Shown one piece after another: positions 56,328-64,000 of a stretch of DNA of 64,000 nt. The notes beneath the pieces are model-generated. The model was not told the DNA's origin, ran no database searches, and saw only the letters and a list, made by a program, of their open reading frames with translations. Where the stretch lies: assembly GCF_009914755.1 (NCBI RefSeq), contig NC_060925.1. The stretch is one strand, 5' to 3'. The DNA is from the human T2T-CHM13v2.0 reference genome, Homo sapiens. The position numbers were made by a program, and so were the translations under genes. The stretch's first letter is position 1; every line of letters starts with the position of its first letter.

Positions 56328-56745
56328 TGAGAAATAAAAATTTTTTATCTGAGAATCCAAGCCCCCTTTAATTATCAAACCCAGAGAGGCACCGAAATGT
56401 GACAGCGTGTGACAGCGATCACGTCTCACTCCCCGCCTGAGCTAAATAATCACCTCTTGAAGCCACTTGCTATGTGGGCTCAAGACTAACTGATGCTAAG
56501 TAGCCATAAAATGACATATGCTTGACACCATCACTCGTACTCCATAGTTCAACAGTGTAGAGCAATCACTATCCAATGTTATCTCTGTAAACCAGGGAGG
56601 ATTCCTGTCAAACAACTTTGTATCAGCCCACTTCCTTGTTCCTTTTGCCTTTGAAAACCTGCTTGTAACAAAGGCCAAACAGAGCACTCCCCAAGGCAAC
56701 TTGGAAGTGTGTCCTGGGCAGCTGTCCTCCACCTTGGCTCAGATA
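56328..56745 (+). mobile_element. ERV1-type LTR (LTR54-like)
   Basis: GAGCTAAATAATCACCTCTTGAAGCCACTTGCTATGTGGGCTC and AACTTGGAAGTGTGTCCTGGGCAGCTGTCCTC.ACCTTGGC; family assigned from recall. Confidence 0.55.
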
Positions 56746-57273
56746 TTAGGTCGACAAGACCACGGCTGTCTTTCGGTGTGAGGCATATGGCTTCTTCTCA
56801 CTCCCACTCTAACCTGGAGCTGCAATCCCTGCTGAAAGAATTGCCCTCTAAAGGCCTAAGGATCTCAGCAACAGGGAAGTGGGAGGAATCTTCATGCCAG
56901 AGATAAAGAGCTGGTCCATGGGCATGTGTGGGAAGCACTGGGGTAGGGCGAAGAAATCTATCTCCTGGGAGGTGTTATCACTACATAAATCCCAGATTTG
57001 ATCAGGCAATGTAGCCATCTCACTATTTCAGGCTGCAGCTGCTAAGACAGGTGTGAAGTGGGCAGACAAACAGGAAGAAGGTCCCAGGTGGAGAACCTGC
57101 ATTTGGCTTCTGTACCCCAATTCCAGTAATTAACAAAGCAAAAACCTGCCACACTGTGAATGATGGCCCTTCCCAACCAGAATCCTGTTTCTGACAAGTG
57201 GTGAAGACACTCTAAAATGCACCGAGTGTATGACAAGGACAATCTTCTGGATATTCCCATTTAAACAGGGATG

Positions 57274-57569
57274 GGCCGGATGCAGTAGCTCATGCCTGTA
57301 ATCCCAACACTTTGGGAGGCTGAGGCAGGAGGACTGCTTGAGGCCAGGAGTTCAAGACCAGCCTGGGCAACATGGTGAGACCCCTTGTCTCTATAAAAAA
57401 CACAAAAATTAGCCAGGTGTGGTGGCGCGCACCTGTGGTCCCAGCTACTCGGGAGGCTGAGGCAGGAGGATTGCTTGAACACAGGGGTAGAGGCTGCCAT
57501 GTTCGTGCCACTGCACTCCAGCCTGGGTGACAGAGCATGACCCTGTCTCAAAAAACAATAAATAAAATA
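57274..57569 (+). mobile_element. AluJ-type Alu with TSD
   Basis: TSD AAACAGGGATG at 57263-57273 and 57570-57580. Confidence 0.92.
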
Positions 57570-58394
57570 AAACAGGGATGAACTGGAGAAACTGTGAAGG
57601 TATAGGTGCTGTCTTGCTTAGGGGTGGGGATGATTTACGGAAGGCTAACACAAGGGCCTTGGTTAGTCTAAAGATAATCACGGCAACTAGGTGGTGGTAC
57701 CAGGAACTAGTCCACCAAATCCCAACCTGCAGCCAAAAAGTCTCAACTCTCACCTATAAAGGGATCCTTCTAAATTCTCTAGATGTATGGAAATCTTTGA
57801 CAGGTCTTCTGAAGCCTAGAGTCATCGTATAAACATAGATAAATAGTGTAGATATTGCATAGCTATAGATTGATATGTACATATACCATATACATTAGAT
57901 ATATGCTATATATTTACACTTCTTGGCCTTTCGGCTTTATTATCTATCTCCACAAAGTAGGACAAGACAAGCTTGTTTCCCATTTAAGTTTTTCTATCTG
58001 TACTGTTTTGCAAATCCACCAGAGAGTTGCAGGACACTCCTGCTACAGAAAGATTTCTGCCAGGCAGGCTCAGAGACCTGCTCTGTTACTGTTCTATTTA
58101 ATAACACAAACACACAAATGGGGGCCTTTCTTCCCCATGACTTTCATGGCATGGCTGGGGGCAGAGCTGGGAGGTTTTCACGGCCCATATATCCTCAAAC
58201 TGCTCCATTTCCCCCCGATCTCAGTTGCCACCCCACTAACTCCGGGGTGATCAGCTCCATACCACAATCATCTCCTGGTGATAGAGTTCCATGGATTTTA
58301 AAAGCTGTAAGAAAAACTGAGACAGATTCAGAAGAGATTCTAGTAACCCCAAACCAGCAATTACAAATATTTTTTAAGTATTTATATATACACA

Positions 58395-58857
<463 letters not shown>

Positions 58858-59739
58858 TTAGCACCTCTCTTTAAACCTTTTACTCACCCTTTCCTGACCC
58901 TTTCCTTGTATCCCCCATTCCCTTTCGATTTCTTCACCATCCCTATTTGCCTCCTTTTCCTCACTATCTACCCACCAAGTCCTGCTCTGCTCCCATCCCA
59001 CTTAAGATTTTCGTGTCTATTCTGTATCACCCTTAATGATCCACTGAGGCTGTGAGCTTCCTGTTTACCCACAAGCGTTCAGCGGATCCAGCCATCCTAC
59101 CAAGGGTTAAAGATGCTGTAGTCCTACTGTGCTGCCTCCGACCCAGTTCCTTCCAAAACAAAGCAGGATGACAAGGTGACTCCACGAGAACTGCGTTTGA
59201 CCTCTGTGTGGGTTTTCTGTTTCCAAGGCCACAGCAGGGTACTCTGAAAACTCTAAACCAGAAGGAAAGGAGACCTAGCCTTCAGAACTCTGTGTGTATG
59301 TGCTTACAGGCAAAAAAAAAAAAAAAAAAAAAAAAAAGGAACCAATGAGGTTGTCAGAAGGGGATACTCTGCTGTAACTGGTGTTTACCACGACCCACCG
59401 GGTGCTGAGGAGGAAGTGGTTGCTATAACCCCAAGGGGGAAACGCTCGCTTGAAACAGGAAAATAGAACTCTTACAACTTTCCATTAGCAGCGTTCAAGA
59501 AGCCGGCCACACTGGGAAACACTTGCACAAGCACTCCCCAGAGTCCTGAGACGAGTGTCAAGACAGTCCAATCACGAAGCACAGATCAGGACACAGATAC
59601 AGGTCCATGTTTTTTCCAGAACGTCTCAGCACTGGAAAAACTCTCATGATCACTTCCCTTACCTCCAGCAGGCTGAACTTGCAAGGAGCTGTGGGGAGGA
59701 GGAAGGAAGGGGAAAATGGCAGGATGACATATTGGAAAG

Positions 59740-59980
59740 AACGCTGGGCCCAGTGAGGGTCAGAAGACCTGGGCTTTAGTCCCAGTTCTGCGATTTACTA
59801 GTGGTGGAACTTTGGGCAAATTACCCAACCTTCCTGCTTCTCGATTTCTACTTCCTCTATAAAACAGGGATATTGTTTACTGCTCTGCTCACATCCTTGG
59901 GCTGCTGTGAGAATCCTATGGAATCCTTCATAGGATGAAACTCGTATGTGCTACGCAAATGCTTGTTATCAATGTAAGAT
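59740..59980 (+). mobile_element. MIR
   Basis: TCAGAAGACCTGGGCTTTAGTCCCAGTTCTG..TTTACTAG..CTTTGGGCAAATTAC. Confidence 0.75.
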
Positions 59981-60649
59981 TCGAGTCTGCATAAAGCCTT
60001 CTTGAGTCCCAGCCTCTTGCTCCTCAAACGCATCCTCTCGGCTACACTTCCACCTGTGCACTTCCTCAACCCACCTTACTTGTAATTCTGCCCACACTTC
60101 TGTAGAATTTCTGTAGAAGATCCCATAGTCTGGTCAGAGGAGTATAAGCAAGTCTAAATAACCAAAGTGGGGGGATCTCAACCAAATCATTTGACTCTGG
60201 GCTCTGTGCTCCCACATTCTCTCCTCTCCAGAGGTGAAGACTTCATCCTCAATGGCTAATTTGCCTGCTTGGAGGCTCAGATTGGCCCGTGTTCTGAGTC
60301 ATATTTTCCATTTAGTAAAATGAACATCTGGCTGCTGTATGATGCCTTTTGTGTACCATCACCTAAGCCACAATTACCTGCAAGGTAATTCATACCACTA
60401 CAGCACGGTGCAAAAACAGGGTTGGTTTGGGATGGTGAAAGTCAGCCATCTTAGTGTCAATCTTGCATGCAAATTCTAATGAAGAAAAGCCACTACCAGC
60501 AGGTCCACACACACTCACAAAGAACTCATAAATTATTTTAATCCAAGCGTTCAAAGGGATCCTGGGTCCCAGGAACCATCCTGCTGTTTCATCTCAGTGA
60601 GAGGCAAGATGGTTAAGGAAAAACAGCTCTAGTTTCCTCCATCCCCCCA

Positions 60650-60842
60650 ATTCCCCTACCGGTGTGACCTTGACTAGGCCACCCAACCTTCTAAAAACCT
60701 TGGCTTCCTCATCTGCAAAATAGGGATAATAACAAGACATGCCCTTCCCGGCTCCCAGGGTTATTATGGCAACCAAGTGAGAAAACAGATGTGAAAGTGC
60801 TTTGCAAACCACAAAACACCGTCCAAGTGTGAGGTATTGTTA
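60650..60842 (+). mobile_element. MIR
   Basis: TGTGACCTTG...TTCCTCATCTGCAAAATAGGGATAATAA...GTGAAAGTGCTTTG. Confidence 0.75.
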
Positions 60843-62654
60843 TCTAGCAAAAGTGCCTTGAGAATAACACAGAAATCTGGAAGTATTTTAATTCGTTAAT
60901 GGACTTATACCACACCTTGACTTAAAAAGGACGTAGGGTAACTGCCTGGAGGAATTCTGAAATAATTTCTAAATAAGTTTATCCAAGCAAGTTGCCAAAA
61001 CAATCCACTGAATTGGGTAGTAGGCTTTTGGATAATAGGAAAACTGCAGATCGCTGTTCTTTATTCTTATTTCACCTTTTGAGCTCTAAAAAGAACTGGA
61101 AGGACCATATTGTGTTGTCTTTTACGCAAGAACTAAACAGTCTCTTTGTACCCTCCACACCCTCCCTATTCTCACTTCCATCCCCTGAGCACCTGGGAAG
61201 CAGCTCCTTCTCCAAACCTGCAAACCCTCCTCCCAGAGCCCAGGCTAGCTTGGAAGCCTGGAGCAATTTGAAACGCCGTCCTAAGATCTTGAGGCCAAAG
61301 GCATCCCCATCATCCTTCCAAGAGGGTGTTACCCCCAGGGACAGCAGGAGTTTCCAGAACACACAAAGACTTATTCTGCTCACAAGGATATTTACCGAAT
61401 CAGCCCACAAGAATTTGCCAGGATCAGGGCAGAAGAACAGAACTGGGACAGCCTTCTGATTCACTGCCTGGCAGATTCACCCTTCTCTATTATTAGCAAC
61501 CCAGGCACGATGCCACCAGGGCTGGGGAGAGACCTTGGTGTCAGGGTAGAGAAGGCAGGAAGAGGTGTGTGTGCAGAGGGGGAAGTACACAGAGCTGCCT
61601 GAGGTTTCCTCCAGAGAGAGACAGCAGAGGGGTGGGTTAAAGCCTTCTCCCCTTCCTCCTTAGTTCTCTAACCTCCTGTGAATCTCAGACAAGCCCAGCC
61701 CCAGGATCAGAAGCCCTGGAACCCACATCCACCCTGACTATTGCTGGAGGTACTCCCTCTTCCCCTTAAGGGCCCAGCTCAGAGCTGCACAGCACTGCTT
61801 CTGCCGGATACCACTGGACTCTGGGCTGTGCCAGAGGCTGCAAGATGGAGAAGCAAAGAGAAACTGACGGGAAAGGTGGAGAATTTCTCTTCCCATGGCA
61901 AAAATGCAACTTACTGCAGCCCTAATGCACATGTGTTCCCTCCTCATAACAATGACTACCACTGAAAGAGCACCCATTACATACATCACAGGGCGTTCGC
62001 CTCCTGTTATAGGCAGGAAAACAACCATGTGGAGGCTCAGCAGGCTGCCCTGGAGAACGTGGCTAATGCTGATTGAGAGGGACAGGACTGAAGGAGGAGA
62101 CGAGGAGCTTCACCTTCATGCATCTTGTATTATTTCACTTGTACAGGTATTTCGCGTGCATTATTTAACGTGCTATATCAAGCTTGTACAGGCATTACTT
62201 GAATACATTGAAAACCATGAAACGAAGGAATTAAAAAAAAGAAAGACATGTTGCCAGTCAATAGTAGAGTCTAGATTTGGATAGATTTGTCCAACTCCAG
62301 AATATACTCTCTGGCCACACCTCCACAATTTGTCCAAATACCAAACCAGGACATGGACGCTAACAAAGACTATTTTTCTAATGTTATTCATGTGAAGAAT
62401 TTTACAAAATAACCAATAACCAAATAACATTTGGTTATTAAATATGATAAATGTGGCCTATGGAAAATAAAACGACACAAAATGAAAACTGGCTGCCATG
62501 CAAACTTAGGAGAGGGCAAAGGAGCCACAGTGACCCCAGACTTGCTTTCCCTAAAGGGGGAGGAAAATCAAATCCCCTGCAGATGGCTGCAGACCTCAAA
62601 TAGAGTGCTGCCACTGAGGGCAGAGGCCGAGCCCCTGGAGCAGGCTGATTAGTC

Positions 62655-62860
62655 TAGTCTAGTGGTTAGGAACATGGTCTCTGGAGCCAGGCTGAGTGTG
62701 AATTCTGGCTCTGTTCTTCATAGCTGTGACTTCAGGCAAGCTTATCTGTGCCCCATTGGTTTCCTCACCTGTGAAATGAATTTGGGACACTGTGTAGATT
62801 AAAATGTAAAGTGTCTAGCACTAAACACTACCTAAGTGTTCATTATTATTATCATTATCA
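62655..62860 (+). mobile_element. MIR
   Basis: TAGTGGTTAGGAACATGGTCTCTGGAGCCAG...TTTCCTCACCTGTGAAATG. Confidence 0.75.
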
Positions 62861-64000
62861 GTCCTGGCCAGAGAGAAAAAGGGAGAATTATCTATTCCAA
62901 AAGGAGCCAGGACTGGGATAAGGCTTTGGTGAGCTTTTTACGTGGTCTTGACAACGGTGTTCATGATAGGCTTATTCTAGGCCGCTCTCTGCTGTCAGGA
63001 AGGAGGTTTCCTGTGTGAAGAGAAGGCCTCCCAGGAAGTGACAATAGAGGTATCAATACTCCCAGCAAGAGAACCACAGGCCCAGAGTGGATGTCAGAAA
63101 GAGGGGCATCTCAGGGAGCACGCCTCTGCGGAGGGCTACTGATGAGGAAGAGACCACATGGTTGCCTAGAAGGCAGGCCTGCGGGGAAGCACTGACGCCA
63201 GCACTCAGGCTAGGGGAGTCCCTGGGGTCAACTTGTGCAGAGACTGGCGCTCATATCCCAAAGAACTGGGTGCCTCTCTAAGATAGAGCTCCCTGCCTCC
63301 CAGTATCTCTTCCTGCAGGTGTTTTGTTCCAATGGCTGACAGCGTCTATTCAGAATTCTTAAAAATGTCACTTTGTTTCCATCTGTAAAAAGGAATTAAA
63401 ATGTACCAAAATTCCAAAGAAAATTGCCCCTTTTCAGATGTGGCTCCCTGTCTCCCCTCTTCCCTTTTCTGCTTTTGATCTTATTTAAAATCTCTGACCT
63501 AAAAGTGAACTCTGATATTCCATGCTCCTGGAGTTTTGGGAGGACCCTGACTTCAGAAGCAGAACTCTTTGAGTTCTTCTGGTTCCAGCTCTGCAGCTAA
63601 TTTGGAAACCCCAAGAAAGTTGTGTCACTTCTGTCTCAGTCCAGAAAGTGGAAAGATTAACCACATAAACTCAAAAATACTATCTGGCTCTGAAATGCTG
63701 TGTTCTTGGGATAGTCTCAAAAAAGCTGAGTTGTGGGGACTAACCTAAGTCGATATTCTACCTCCCTTTTGAACTGATGTTGAAAGAAGAAAGACGATAA
63801 AAGAAGGTTTTCCTCATCAGTCATTCAAGACTATACTTAAAATTACATTTTGCAGAAATAAAAGCAGTATTTTTAATGTTAGGAAAAAGTCTAAAAGGGT
63901 GACTACGGGTGATTTTCATTTCTTTATAGTTTTCTGTATTTATCCAATGATCTGTAATGGACATGTCACAGTTTAAAACTCAACTTAAAGGTTATTGCTC

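Overview
Human-type (primate, Alu-rich) genomic DNA containing the 3' part of ITPKB (inositol-trisphosphate 3-kinase B) on the minus strand. Six coding exons can be placed exactly from GT-AG boundaries and frame continuity: 32854-32953, 31348-31561, 26102-26306, 23738-23839, 21859-21930 and 18853-19068. They total 909 nt (302 aa plus stop) and encode the calmodulin-binding and IP-kinase domains. A ~3 kb 3' UTR ends near an AATAAA at 15886-15891. Positions 32954-64000 are part of the very large upstream intron, and the exon(s) encoding the N-terminus lie outside the window. Positions 1-15860 are downstream sequence rich in repeats (MER61-like ERV1 LTR and internal sequence, MaLR LTRs, L1, L2, MIR, Alu, hAT elements). 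Repeat family names come from recognition of consensus sequences, not from a RepeatMasker run. I found no CRISPR array, RNA gene or credible new protein-coding gene. The most unusual unexplained structures are: (i) a ~94-bp, ~89%-identical inverted repeat in apparently non-repeat intronic sequence at 43644-43922, lying upstream of an intronic AATAAA; (ii) a 19/21-bp higher-order minisatellite at 6802-6989 bracketed by 13-bp inverted repeats; (iii) an old ~130-bp duplication inside one ITPKB intron, where one copy keeps the empty site of an Alu inserted in the other; (iv) a perfect 16-bp palindrome beside a trimeric Alu. These are candidates for follow-up, not a demonstrated new system.
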